DNA from: Podarcis pityusensis
Lineage: Eukaryota
DNA: 64,000 nucleotides
Direction: 5' to 3' (one strand)
Assembly: GCA_964106645.2 (NCBI GenBank)
Contig: OZ067043.1
Shown here: in pieces, positions 1 through 11,812 of the stretch
Layout: each line of letters opens with the position of its first letter
Position numbering within the stretch: the stretch's first letter is position 1
Position numbers and translations under genes: made by a program
Notes under the pieces: generated by a model
Database searches by the model: none
What the model saw: the letters and a program-made list of their open reading frames with translations, nothing else
Told to the model about the DNA's origin: nothing

Positions 1-2357
1 AATTAGGAACAGTTTAAGGACTCCAGCTGGTGTGAAGCTGGCTTGAGAAACAACGCTTCAAACAGTAGCATTTTATAATGAAGTACAGGATGCATATTCA
101 TTTTGGATAATTTCATGGCACTGGGAATGCAATGAGTGCACACTAAATGGGAGTGTGAACACAGCATGAGTACGCCTGATTATCAGAAGCATATTGGCTC
201 AACTGGGTCATTCCCTGTCCATGGCACCAATTATGAGAAAAACTTAGGTGATCTTAAGGGATTCTCTAAAACCCAAACATCAGAAGAGGACCCCTCTAAA
301 TGATGGTGGGGGGTTTGTTTGTTTGTTTGTTTGTGACCCTGAATCAATACTTTGATTTCTTCAAGGGAGGAAACTTCTTAAGGCACAAAGAGAATCAAGT
401 ATACAAGTGCTTTTCAGCATTAAGCAACCCATCTCCTTATCTGGTCGGGTGCTGGTTCATCACACCACAGTCACATGCTTGCAGCTGAGAACTGCGTGTG
501 CATCCACGTCTTCCCAGCCAGTGAAACTTTAAGTTAGACACAACTTATTCATTCAGTTGCAAGATCTTGGCACCCTCCCCCACTTTGCATAGCCTTGCTC
601 TTCAGCAGCCATGCAGACAGGCACATGAGGTCAGGAAAGGAGGTCAGGGCAAGGTGACATCAACCAGTGCCTTCTCAAACTTACAAGTGAATCCACCAAT
701 TGTGTTCCCCCAAGGAACTGATGCAAGAGAGCCATTTTGCTGCAAGTTGCAGTGAGCACTGCTCTTGCCTCCTCCTCCTCCTCCTTCTTCTATTACCTTT
801 CACAAAGTAATCACAGTATTGTTAAACGTTGCAGTGCTTCTGCAATACTGCTTGTTAACATATTTTTTAAACCAGCCAGAAGTGGTTTTATAACATAATG
901 GGAAGTGAGTTTAAAAGTGGAAGCTTCACAGCCACACCAGCAAGGAGGAAGTGGGTGAGCCCAAGGTTCACCTAGGCTTTCCCCCCACAGTGCTAAACTA
1001 TGGTCAGTGTTATGTGCAAAATGGGTCTCTATCTCTTGAACAGAAATTAGAATCATGGAATCAGAATTGTAGATTAATGTTAGACCTCTTCTTCTTCATT
1101 TACTACATTTAAATCTTGATTGTTTGCAATGGAAATTGATTTTGCTTCCAGTCAATTTAAAGTGCCACATGTATTTATTGCTTAATTTTCTTAACCGATG
1201 CTATTGGCAATTAAAATGCATGCCAAACACGTGCAAAACCTGAGGTGCTCAATCAGATCAACAACTATTTACTGATCTTTGTTGTAAGAACATCTGGTTA
1301 ATTAAAACTGAAAAACAACAGTAAATATTAAAATATTTAATTAGCTTTAAATTAAATATAATTAAACACCTACTTTCACTAGTGGTAGATAGCTAAAGAG
1401 ATTCTTTGGACTGACACCGAGGCAGGACTGTTAAAACTTTTCCCCTTTTGGATCTCTACATTTTGGTCACTGGGGTGTTTGGTGTTTTATCAATTGCTAG
1501 CTGAAGCTTTAAGAAATAGGCACTCTGATTAGTTCCTTCCCGTTTTCCAAATCCTAGTTCCTGTGATCCCCAGTGGAGTGTTCTAAAAGCCACAGAAAAG
1601 TTGAGTCTTGAGTTCTCGGCTTGAAGCAATTTTTGTCTCTCTCCCACCCTGCCCCAACATGATAATGTCCTCTAATGCGATATATCCTGTCTGTTGCCAT
1701 GGGATCCTGTGAGGTCACCAGATAGAGCTAATTGCCCCCTCCCACAGGAAGGATAATTAGCCAAAAAAGAGAGACTATAATCAGAGCCCACTTCCTTTTA
1801 CTTTATTTTGTTGGAATTCTGTGGATGATGGAACAGCATTCAGGCGGGCTCCAGTCCCTAGGGCATGACTGGGGATGGGGTGGAGAAGGGCAATTCAGGC
1901 TATTATCTTCTGGGTGGGTGGTGTGCCTGTTTTATCACTGCTTGGCTTTAAACCAGACATTGTTACGGCCAGACTTCAATTCTGATTGTGTTGCACAGGT
2001 GAACAACATGTTTTCTTGGAAGAATCCCACTGTGTTCAATGGATCTTACTCTGAAACAACTCCCAAACAAATATGCTAGGATCGCAGCCTAGTGTTCCCT
2101 GAAACAGGGAGCTGAGTTTCGTGTGCCTGAAACCCAGTCACTCCACAGTCTATGAAAGAGCTCCAATGCTAAGAAAAACCCTTTCTAGAAAACAGATGCA
2201 TTATCTTTGATCTCCTCTCATTGGGGGTGGTCATTTTTACAACTGAAGAGCAGATTATTTTGAAAGCAGAAATTGCTGGATCAAAATGACAAAACTTCAA
2301 GGTCTGCTACTTAGACCAGAGATAGGGAGCTTGTGGCCAGATCTTGTTGGATTTTAA

Positions 2358-3119
2358 GGAAGGGCCATAGCTCAGTGGTAGAGTATCTGCACTGCATGCA
2401 GAAGGTCTCAGGCTCAATTCATGACATCTCCAGGGAGGGTTGGGAGAGACACCATACAAGAAACCCTGGAGAGCTCCTGCCAGTCAATGTAGTTAACATT
2501 GTTTTTTTTTGTTTGTTTTTTTAAATGATATTTATTAAAATTTCAAAGAATACAAGAATTACACAAAAACAAAAAATAAAAATACAAGAAAATACAAAAT
2601 ACAGAAAAAAGAATAACAAAACCCTTATTAAGGTATAACAAAGAAATGAAAAATAAAAAGAAACATACAAAATAAAAACAGTTAAAAACACATTAATTTT
2701 CCATAGCATATCTTCCATACACTTATTTCCCCGGACCTCCTCGTACCTCCCTTTTTTGTATTCCAGTTCAGTTTGTTAGTTCAGCAAATCCTTACCATTA
2801 AGCTTTTACCCATTTGTGAACCATTTTTCATATCTCTTAAAGCATTACAGCTGGAAACCACTTAGTTTCTATCCAACATCATTCTAACATTCATTAATTT
2901 TACAATATTTCTGTAAATAGTCTTTAAATTTCTTCCAGTCTTCTTTCACCGACTCTTCTCCCTGGTCTCGGATTCTGCCAGTCATTTCTGCCAATTCCAT
3001 GTAGTCAATCACCTTCATCTGCCATTCTTCCAGAGTGGGTAGATCTTGTGTCAATGTAGTTAACATTGAACTAGGTTCCATAGAAGGCTGGATCAGTATA
3101 ATGCAGCTTCCTCTGTTCC
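2358..3119 (+). mobile_element. tRNA-derived SINE (Squam3-like), split by an L1 insertion (parts 2358-2501 and 3050-3119)
   Basis: A-box head GGCCATAGCTCAGTGGTAGAG...AGGCTCAATTC; body GAAACCCTGGAGAGCTCCTGCCAGTCAATGTAG; resumes after the insert with ...CAGTATAATGCAGCTTCCTCTGTTCC. Same family as the copies at 14504 and 40737. Confidence 0.85.
2502..3052 (-). mobile_element. 5'-truncated L1-clade LINE (ORF2 C-terminus, 3' UTR, poly-A)
   Basis: Minus-strand open frame TQDLPTLEEWQMKVIDYMELAEMTGRIRDQGEESVKEDWKKFKDYLQKYCKINEC* (stop at 2884) resembles non-mammalian L1 ORF2 ends. AATAAA (tttatt 2531-2536) precedes an A-rich tail. Flanked by the direct repeat GTCAATGTAGTTAACATTG (2483-2501 and 3050-3068). 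Confidence 0.85.
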
Positions 3120-3200
3120 ACAACTCAAATAATCCCTGACCATGGGCCACTCAGGCTGGGGCTCATGGGAACTGGAGTCCAACATCATCTGGAGGTCCTT
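3118..3200. mobile_element. Fragment of palindromic non-autonomous DNA transposon (CTACAACTCCCATCA...TGATGGGAGTTGTAG family)
   Basis: caactcaaataatccctgaccatgggcc...ggggctcatgggaactggagtccaacatcatctggagg; homologous to copies at ~17000-17260, 34575, 38600, 39427, 41183, 51104 and 63431. Confidence 0.65.
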
Positions 3201-4344
3201 AGGTCCTTTTAAAAAAGTTTTAAAAGTTCTAGGAACAGGAAACTTTTCCCATCTAATCTTGCCTGCTAAGGGACCCCTGTGCATTGCAGAGGTTGTGCAG
3301 CATGTTCTATGTTAGGATGCAGGGTCCTGGCCAAGCTCATCACTCTCAGTGAACTCAGGGTGACTAGAAGGCAACCTGTCCCTGTACACTGAAGAGGGGT
3401 ACACTGCAGCAGTGAGCAGGCTTTCAGGACATTGCCCATCACTGCTGATCAAAGAACCTTGGATAAGGTTTCATGAAAGTAAAGTAGGACTCTCTGAGTT
3501 CAGTTCCCAGTTCCTCTAGTAGCATATGGTAAGCTTAAGCCAAATAAATCAATAGTTTTTTAAGAAAGCAGATGCTTTTTACCAAGACAGAGTCATTGAT
3601 TCACATTGTGTAGACACCAGAAGTGCAAAATTCCAGTTACCCAGTTGCCAATGGCTTGTTTAAAACCAAAAGTAGAAATGGTTATTCTGGTTACTGAGTT
3701 ACCTTTGCCCCTGTTACCTGTCTGCTAGTTGATCAAGGCATGTCCCCTTCCTCCTCCGCTACTACTCAGGCACTGCTACACATAAGCAGCATTCTCTCAT
3801 CAGCCAGGATGCCTGAGATGTTATGTTTTAATTTCCCCTGTATGAGAAAGAACATAGCAGGAGCTACTTACGTAGGAACATTGCAAAATCTTTTGTTTTT
3901 ACTTTCAGATCAGGGAATACCGGTGTAGGTCTTCTTTCAGAAATGGCAATGAGCTACATATTTTTATTTTATCCCCTAACCTGAGCATTGTGCCTTCTAC
4001 CTGCTCCTGGGCACAAATGTAAAATGTGGTCTGCACGCAGAGATGGCAAAGTTACATCTTGTTTCAGAAGGTCATTGAAGCAAGGGACTCAGACACAGGT
4101 CTGCTATCAAAACCAGCAAACTAGCATCACATTCCCCTCTACACTCCTAATACTCAGGGGTCATTGAGCTATGTGTTTCACTGCCTCCTGATTCATTTCA
4201 CAGGATGCTGCTGGTGGAGGCAAGGAAATAGTGTAATGACATCCCAAAACAATGTAAGGCATATGACATGTTATGAAGGCAACAAGAGAAACCTAACACA
4301 GTGCTGCCATTTGAATTTCTATAACATGTAGTGCTGTGTGTGTA

Positions 4345-4446
4345 GTGGGGAGAAGGGTCAATGAAAGCTTATATGCCGTTATAAATGTGCTTATCTTTTG
4401 CAAGAGTCTTTGCTGTAACAGACTAACACAGCCACCCTTCTGGAAG
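4345..4446 (+). mobile_element. Degraded Penelope-like element terminal-repeat remnant
   Basis: gaaagcttatatgccgttataaat...ctttgctgtaacagactaacacagccacccttctggaa resembles the reptile Penelope terminus as recalled; related pieces at ~8703-8780 and ~41915-41980. Confidence 0.5.
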
Positions 4447-5069
4447 TTCTTCGAATGTGTAGTTCTGCCCTGAACATCACCCTCTTCCTGCTAACTGATG
4501 AATTATGGCTCTCCTCTCTCTTTGCTTTCTCAGATCTCAGTGCCTGCCAAGAAAACTGCAGCTTTTGCAAAAAGAGATATATGGCAGTAATTATTAAGCA
4601 TAGAAATTAATTTATGAAATGTTTGCTTTGTGTCATGTATTATATGAGTGCATAATATGGATTTGCTGGCATTTAATACTCCTGGCGTTTGCTGGCATTT
4701 AATGCTATTGTAGGACTCGGGAGTAGGGGTAACTGGAGCCAAAGCTCTCTGCTATGGGCTTCTGAAAAGAGAAAAGATCCACAGACTGGTTGTTGAGCCT
4801 TCTATGGAATCTGCTGCTCTAAGAGGTTGAGATCAGTTTTACATAGAGTGGAAATGTGTCCTCTAATACAAAGGACAGTCCTCTGCTTGAAGGACTCCTC
4901 TATTGGAATGGTTGTCTTGTTATTAACTTCAGTTAATAGCTATTTAACCATAAGAAAGGAGAGAAAGAGCTCTGAAATTGCCCACCGACAGGATAGCATA
5001 CAGGTTACTTGCTCAGTTTTCCCAACCATGGTGAGATATATTGAGTAGTATCCAATGAAGCAGTTCCAC

Positions 5070-5215
5070 TAGGGCAAGAGGTTTTACCTGCCTCTCCCTG
5101 CATTCCTGCCAACCCTCCCCCCCATCTGCTCTGGGTGTTTCCCCAACCCTTCAGAGCAAAATTACAGGGTGCACAGGGGGCGTGCAGGGAGAGGGTGAGG
5201 AAGTTCCATTGCACA
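5070..5215. mobile_element. Degenerate palindromic MITE-like repeat
   Basis: Pyrimidine-rich arm, core tctgctctgggtgttt...cccttcagagcaaa, then purine-rich arm ending ggaagttccattgcac; a related copy lies at ~5840-5955. Confidence 0.5.
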
Positions 5216-5839
5216 GTCTTTGTGCTAGCTGAACTGTTTGATTGCACTGCATTTTTATTTAAATTACAGTAGTTATTTCTAAATTTACACCTACACATAT
5301 AAATTAGCACATGCAAATTATATGCGAATCTGCATTGTCCTTTTGGGGATGATGTGCAAGTGTGGCCACTCTGCTTTTGGGAACTTAGAAATGAACACTC
5401 CTGTTAGCATCTCAAGCTTAATTCTTCCAAACGCAGGTAGTATTTGGCCTTGGGACTTTATTCTGCACCGGAGTGGCTAGTTTTGTTTCCAAAAGGAAAC
5501 TGAGTAACTTCCAATCTGCAGGATAGATGTGGCATTTCACACTTCACTTGCTGAGTGGGAAACCACCTGATTTGCTCTCTGCATTTCTTGCCTCTGAAGG
5601 GCTCTCAAAATGAAGTGCCAAGCTGCTGAAACAGCCGTTTCACCCCACATTCTCCACCCAGGCAAGCAATCATTTCATCTGAGGGAGGTGACGATTTCTC
5701 AGCTTTTCAAATGCAAGCAGAAGGTAGCACAACAAACCACTGAGTGATCCAGTACCTCTGCTCAGTGGACGACAGGTGCAATGAGTAGATTTCAAAGTTG
5801 CACTCTTGCAATCGTACAGGCATTTCAGTTTGCCAGGTG

Positions 5840-5955
5840 GAATAATCCCCCTTCTCTTCCCCCTGCACCCTGTTCTGAGGGTTCTCCTAAACCGTACCAA
5901 GACAATTTGGGGAACACAGTGGGGGGACGAGAGCGTGGAAAGCCCCATTTTGCAA
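5840..5955. mobile_element. Degenerate palindromic MITE-like repeat (same family as 5070-5215)
   Basis: cttctcttccccctgcaccctgttctgagggttctcc...aatttggggaacacagtggggggacgagag...ccccattttgca. Confidence 0.45.
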
Positions 5956-8702
5956 TTTTTGTCTTTCCAGTATGAGACTGGTTAGGTGAATCACACCCAA
6001 AGTTTGCAGCTAATCAGCGGGTGCTCATGGGGGCACTCTGGGCATGAGCATTTCCCTAGGAAGACAAGTGAGAGGATGTTGGACACTGTATATGATCTGC
6101 AGGTCAAGGCCGTCATGGTGCATTGGTGAAAATTCATACAGCCATTGCTTTACCAGTTGTGATGCTCTGAGACCAGCAAGACTAGAGACAGAGAAGTCTA
6201 GGGATGTGCCATGGGAAAGCTTGGATGTGCTAAACCAGGGCCCCCTCACTTCCTTAGCATGGCCCCGGAAACGGCAAAAAAGCATGCCATTAATGTCAGT
6301 TGGAGGGGTAAATTTGAAAAATTGTGGGGAGTCACTGGAAAATCTTTCCCCAATTTCAGTCCTGGCTGGCTTGAGCTGCAGGGATTAGGGAGTGGTGGTT
6401 TCTCCTCCACAGAATCGACCACCACCACCTTAAAGATTGCTCAGTGAATAAAGTAAATCTCCATAGGACTCACTTTCAGGAAAGCAGGCATAAGCTTGCA
6501 GCCTTAACATGATAGCTGTAGACAAAGGCGACAGAGGCACACAGAAGCAGCAGCTGAGTCCAGCTGTCTAAGAAGGGAGCTGCAGGGATGATGTGGAATC
6601 ATTACTATGGAGATGAGCTTCTGTCTGTACCCTTAGACAAAAGCCACAGGCATTTGGCTTTAATTCAGCCAGGCCTCCCAATCCTGCTCCAGTTTCTGGG
6701 AGGAATGGATGCCTCAGTGTTGGAACTGGGATTTGTACCAGCGTGCAAGGATAGAATCTTCCTTATTCATGATAGCATCTCCCTCAGTATCAGCGTATAG
6801 GACTGGGCCATTAGTCTGTGGTCCTAAGCACAAAGAAACTAATTTGAGAAAAACAGCTGTATTTTTGGCAGCAAAAGGACAAAGATTGGTCTACTTTCGA
6901 ACCAACTAGTTGTGATCTGAGAGATCTGCTTTGTTTGTTTGTTTGTTGTCTTAAGCTTATATCAGCTACCCCATGGGCAGGGTGCTTAACTATTTCTTAC
7001 TGCACCAGTTCCTCCCCCCTCCCCGCCTATGCAAGCTTATGAGGGATGTAATTTAAATCAAGAAAACTGAGCGGAGGACAAAGGTTAGCTCTTCTGCTGT
7101 TACTGTGGCCCTGATCCACTCCCACCCGATTGCTGCTTTTAGTGTTGGGTGAGGAAACATGCAGGAGTTGCTGTTCACAGATATCCTGCACCACTTCTGG
7201 AACTTTTGTAGGTGGGACTCTGTTTCTATCTTGCATTAGTCAGTAGAATAAGTAGGTGGTGGGAACTTGTGACAATGGTTTATAAGGCAAACGTGGGGAA
7301 TTTTTTTGGCTAGATCTTTACCTCTCCACCCCCACGGACCACCTTAGACACATTGATGTCAGCTGATTAAATGTTTCCATTATTTAGTGGTGCGGACACT
7401 GTGCTGGGGACAACAGTTTAGGGAGCCACAAATGACCACACAGAACATGGCAGATGATAGGGGTATCAACAAATAGGGAAGGTTTAGTACCTGGGTTGGC
7501 ATGGGCACAAAAGGACCTACAGGACTGATGTTGGCATCAGCTCCTTATTTTTGAGACATTTTATATTTGTTGGGTGTCCATCCAGGCCTGTACATAGTTA
7601 CAGATGCTTGTTTTATTATTACTTTCAGAATACACTACCTTTTTCCTACAACAAAATGTTGTTTATTTCCTGTAGTCATTATAGTACTATAATTCACAAT
7701 GCAAAATTATACCTGCTGGAGCATTTTCTTCAATCAGAGTTGGCAAAAAATAGGGGTTTTGTGGGGTTTCTTTTTTTGCTTTAACATATCAGGAATGTAG
7801 AAGCACTTGCAAAGCATGGGACAGAGAAACAAAGAGAAATGTTAATTATGTGCTTCACAACTAAGTTATATACATGGTCATCTGATCTTACGTGTGGGAA
7901 AGGAGATTCATGCTGCAGCTCTACCGAACAGTATCTTCACAGATTCTTTAGGTTCCTGCTCACCCTATGATAAGCCATCTCTCCTCCTCATATTGCACAT
8001 GTCCTAAAGGCAAAGTTCTCTTTCTGAATAGCTATGGCTCAAGTCAAACCCCAGCACCAGCCCACATAGTCTGAATAACATGGATGAGACATTAACATCT
8101 CCAAGTCACTGTCTATTCCCTGCTGAGATAACAGGGCCTGCCCTATTTTATCTTAATTGGTTGGGAATTTGAGGACTGGTTTCGGCTGACCAGCAATGCT
8201 GTAGTGACTCAGGACTGAGTGGCTACTTCCTCTCAGAGCAGTTTGCTTTATGGATGTCTGTGGCACTCACCATGAGTAGACTGGCTGAGTCTTGCCTGGC
8301 TTTAGGCCACAAGATACACACTATTTCTTCACTTTAGGATCCCTGAAAGTATTTATTTAACAGATTTCTATATCATTTAATTAAAAAAACCACCCAACAC
8401 CTCTAAGTGGCTTAAAATAAAAATTGAAAATATTCATTAAAACATACTGGTGATTTTCTCAGAATAGATTGCTCTCTGCACTAGAACTTCTTTTTCCACC
8501 AGGCTGGGCTAGTTATGGTTGGACACACAGAACTACAGTATTCTTAGAGACTGGCCCACAAATGTATGGTCTTAATCCTGCTACTCAGGGATCTTTGTGC
8601 TCTCAGCTCAGTAGTACTATAATTTACAATGAAGCTGCAATCCTTTGAATTTTGATTTGTAAAGACATTCCACTGCAATCGTCAGGTTCAAGTGACAAGT
8701 TG

Positions 8703-8780
8703 AATCTGACAAAGTAGATGTTAGTCCACAAGCATTTATGCCATAATACATTTATGGGTGCTACCATGTTCTTTGTTGTC
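8703..8780 (+). mobile_element. Penelope-like terminal-repeat remnant with decayed hammerhead-type core
   Basis: atctgacaaagtagatgttagtccacaagcatttatgccataata...ggtgctaccatgttctttgttg. Confidence 0.45.
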
Positions 8781-8924
8781 TTAAGTATCTTTGGAGTAGA
8801 ATGTTAGTAGAAGCAGTGAAGAAAGCAAAGAGCTCTGTGGTCTGAGGGCTCAGAATACTAAATAATGCTGAAGCACCTAACATCAGTTGCTAGTAATACT
8901 ATAGCACTACTAACAGTGCTATGG

Positions 8925-9100
8925 CAGTCAAAGTACTTCACACACATTATCTCAGTAATCCTTAACAACAAAAGGGAGGTCAACAGCATTATTATCCCAT
9001 TGGAAAGAAAATACATTGCCTAGAACCAATGACATAGGCAATATTTGAACTGGGGATTTCATGGCTCATGGTTAATTCTCTTTGGCACTAGGCTACACTA
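8925..9100 (-). mobile_element. Old MIR/CORE-type tRNA SINE remnant
   Basis: caaagtacttcacacacattatctcagtaatccttaacaac...attattatcccatt...atttgaactgggg...cactaggctacac (reverse-strand CORE segment, B box and head). Confidence 0.5.
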
Positions 9101-9299
9101 GTTCTCACTGTAAGTTGGAGGAGGCTGGGGAATGTCCACGAGACCTAAAAAAACCTTTTGATTATTGCTGGATATTTGGAGCACGTTCACTGACTACAGG
9201 TTCATTTCTGAGCATAGCTCAAAGTGTCCATTATCTTTAACAGCCTAGACAGTTTGGGAGCAGGGTGCCTAAATAATGCTTTCTTCCCAGCCTCTAGTA

Positions 9300-9535
9300 T
9301 GGCTGATGAGAATGTGAGAGAGAGCCTTTTCTGTTGTCGCACCAGGGCATATACCAACTCTCTGCTATGAGAGATTCTAGCCCTACTTACTTGGTCTTTT
9401 GTTGCTAGCTAAAGTTTTTGTTTTGTTTTGGCAGGTTCCTGCTCCTTCTTTATTGTATTTTAAATATGTGCTGCTTGGTTTGCACTTTTTCAGACCTGTT
9501 TTATGAATTGTTTTAAAATTAAGGTTAGGTGCCTG
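9300..9535 (+). mobile_element. L2-clade LINE 3' fragment
   Basis: AGA GCC TTT TCT GTT GTC GCA CCA = RAFSVVAP, a typical L2 ORF2 C-terminal motif, followed by a T-rich 3' UTR. Confidence 0.55.
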
Positions 9536-10935
9536 GAGCATCCTTCAGGCCAGTCTCATTAAGTCCTGACCAGCATTCAGGGATTATGGAAGTTGTAGTT
9601 AAACAGCCTCTGAAGTACCACAAGTTCCGTACCCCCTCTTAGGCAGTGGAAGAGTGGGATACAAACTGTATAATAAATAAGCTAGTTTCGGCACAAGAGA
9701 TCCCTGCAAACTGCAAGTTCAGTGTAGCTAGCATACTTCCATGTTTTCATGTGTTTGCAGTGTTGCGCCCTCTTTTTTCTTGTGTGTGTTATAGTTTGTG
9801 TTTCATATTGGAGCATGGAACTGAAAGCGGCAGGCTTATTATGTGCTGCCTTGGCTAGTGCCACACATAGATGTGGTAGCAGGAATTATTTTTAATATCA
9901 GCCTCTTGTGGAAATGGGTTTGGTTTGGATCACTGCACAGAGACAGCAGTCTGATACCACTATCTGTTCTATATGTGAAAGCTGATAATCTTTCTGCACA
10001 GGCAAGGACTGTTCTTCTGTCAGTGCTAAGCAGTGGGAGCTCAGATTCCTGAATTCTTTTTCTGGGCTTGCCACTGACCCTTTCTGAGTAGCTGTTGAAC
10101 CTTTTCCATGGTGACATGGGACAAGGAAGGCTGTTTCATGCTCTGCTGAATTCATACATGGAAGCTCCTTCAGAATAAGAAATGGCAAGGTTCTCTTTTG
10201 TGGTGTCATCGTGTCAAGTGATGAATATGTGTGTATATTGCTATGTGTATGCATGCTGGGAAACTAATTGGCTGTGGTATATCCAACACATTCACACCAT
10301 GTCTTGGGTCTTGTCCAGTATATGGTGCATTTTGTAATAGGAAGTGATTCCTGTGTAATTGCAAGGGAAGGAAAGAACTGATTTGCATGCAAAAAAGCCT
10401 GAGTAAACCTAAGTCAAGGCTCAACAGGGCTTTCCTACTTTCAATGCCAAGGTTTGTTCTTGCATGACCAAGCAGTGCACTTAAGCATGTGTAGATTGCT
10501 TTGTCTTCAGCACTAGTCACTCCCAGGTGGTGAGTTTTCGGGAGAACGGGTTCCAGAACAGAAGGGGCTGCAGTCTTGAAAATGGGAACCTTTTAATTAC
10601 CCTCTTATGCCAGATACGTTTTGATGGACAAGCTGTTGCCCCCATTCCACATACAACTGAACTGGCAACTAATTTTGTTCCTCAATTCTGGCAACAAAGG
10701 GAGCTTCCATCGCAGGACCCGAGGACTAAGATGGGCTAGATTAGGAGTCTCAAGGGGAGCAGGAGGGGGGCTGGCCCAACTCCTACTTTCTCAGCATCCT
10801 CAGCCTGAGGCAACTGCTTCACTCCGCCTAATGGCAGAGCTTGCCCTAGCTCTGGTTCTGGGGCTCTTGGGGAGGAGGACAGGGCAGGAGATTTCCAGGC
10901 ATGGATCTCTGGTGGGCCAAAAATGGCCCCAGCGT

Positions 10936-11112
10936 CAGGGGTGCCAACTCGAATAAAATATTGAGACGATAAGCCCCACCCCACATAATCACATGATGCG
11001 GTGTACGCACACAATTTGAATGGCAATGCCTATCGACTTTTGGGGGGCGGTCCCCCCAATATTTTATGGGGCGGGGCAAAGGGATCTCAGCCCCAAGGAG
11101 TTGGCTCCTGTG
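10936..11112. mobile_element. hAT-type MITE directly upstream of the CpG island
   Basis: Imperfect TIRs CAGGGGTGCCAACTC / GAGTTGGCTCCTGTG; degenerate 8-bp TSD CCCAGCGT (10928-10935) / CCCAGGGG (11113-11120). Confidence 0.75.
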
Positions 11113-11600
11113 CCCAGGGGGGTCTGTCAGATGACTCTCCCCCCTGTGGGGACTGGCTGCTGGAGCGCCTTGCCACGACGTCTCCCCCTTCCCCGCCTAT
11201 GCCTGCCTTCCGCTGTCGAAAGCGCCCTGCTCTCCCTCGGCGCCTCTCAAGCGCGGAGGCAGGCAAGGCTCCGCGAGTGCGCGCGCACGCGTACTTATTC
11301 GCCGATGTCCACACGCGCACACACACCCTCACGCACAATTACACACGCCTCCTCCCGAGCCAGAAATAGCCTCGCGCGCGTCTCGCGCCCCCACTCCACT
11401 CCCTTTCTCTGCCGAGCCGGCAGCATCTCGCAGGCGGGCAGGGAGGGCCTGTTTTTTGTTCGCCTTGCCTCTCGCTTCGCTTCCCCCCTCAGTTTCCCCA
11501 GCGGCGCTGGAGGAGATAGGAGGGGCCGGGCGCTCTGCGCTTCTGTGAGCGCGCGCGCGCCGGGGCGGGGAAGGTGGCACCGGCTGCTTTGATAGCGTGT

Positions 11601-11768
11601 GTCTCTCTTTTTTTCCTGTTTTATCCCACCTCCTCCTCCTCCCTTCTCCCCCCACCCCTTTTTTTCCCTCTCTCTCTCTTTCTCCCCTCCCTCCCTCCCC
11701 TCCTCCGACCTTCCTGTTTTCCTCCTCTCCTCCTCCTTTCATTCTTTCTTCTCCCTCCGTTGCTTCAG
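11601..11768 (+). other. Long polypyrimidine tract ending in a candidate 3' splice site (ttgcttcag|AGGCT)
   Basis: About 160 nt of almost pure C/T with no AG until CAG at 11766-11768. Confidence 0.65.
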
Positions 11769-11812
11769 AGGCTGGGCTTTTAAATGGTTTCCTCGCGGCG
11801 GGCGGGAAGAAG

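Noticed and set aside
2358-2435. tRNA-like sequences (also 21578, 25335, 63068)
   Set aside because: SINE heads with broken cloverleaves that continue into SINE bodies; not functional tRNA genes.
3500-3535. Strong donor-like ATG|GTAAGC as a possible upstream NAV1 exon end
   Set aside because: Its ATG would be phase 0, incompatible with the phase-1 acceptor at 11769, and no convincing exon body or promoter precedes it.
6044-6447. Cluster of overlapping 60-114 aa ORFs upstream of NAV1
   Set aside because: No recognisable homology, codon bias or splice structure.
6810-6885. Peptide ...PKHKETNLRKTAVFLAAKG resembling FLAAKG in the NAV2 calponin-homology domain (possible relic CH exon)
   Set aside because: Only about 6 identical residues, flanks do not match (no GLSAEE) and there are no fitting splice sites; most likely chance. 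A tblastn with NAV2/NAV3 CH domains would settle it.
11597-11768. Pro/Ser/Phe-rich N-terminus of the 407-aa ORF
   Set aside because: Translation of the polypyrimidine tract from a non-ATG start; likewise the ORF part after 12632 is intron read-through.
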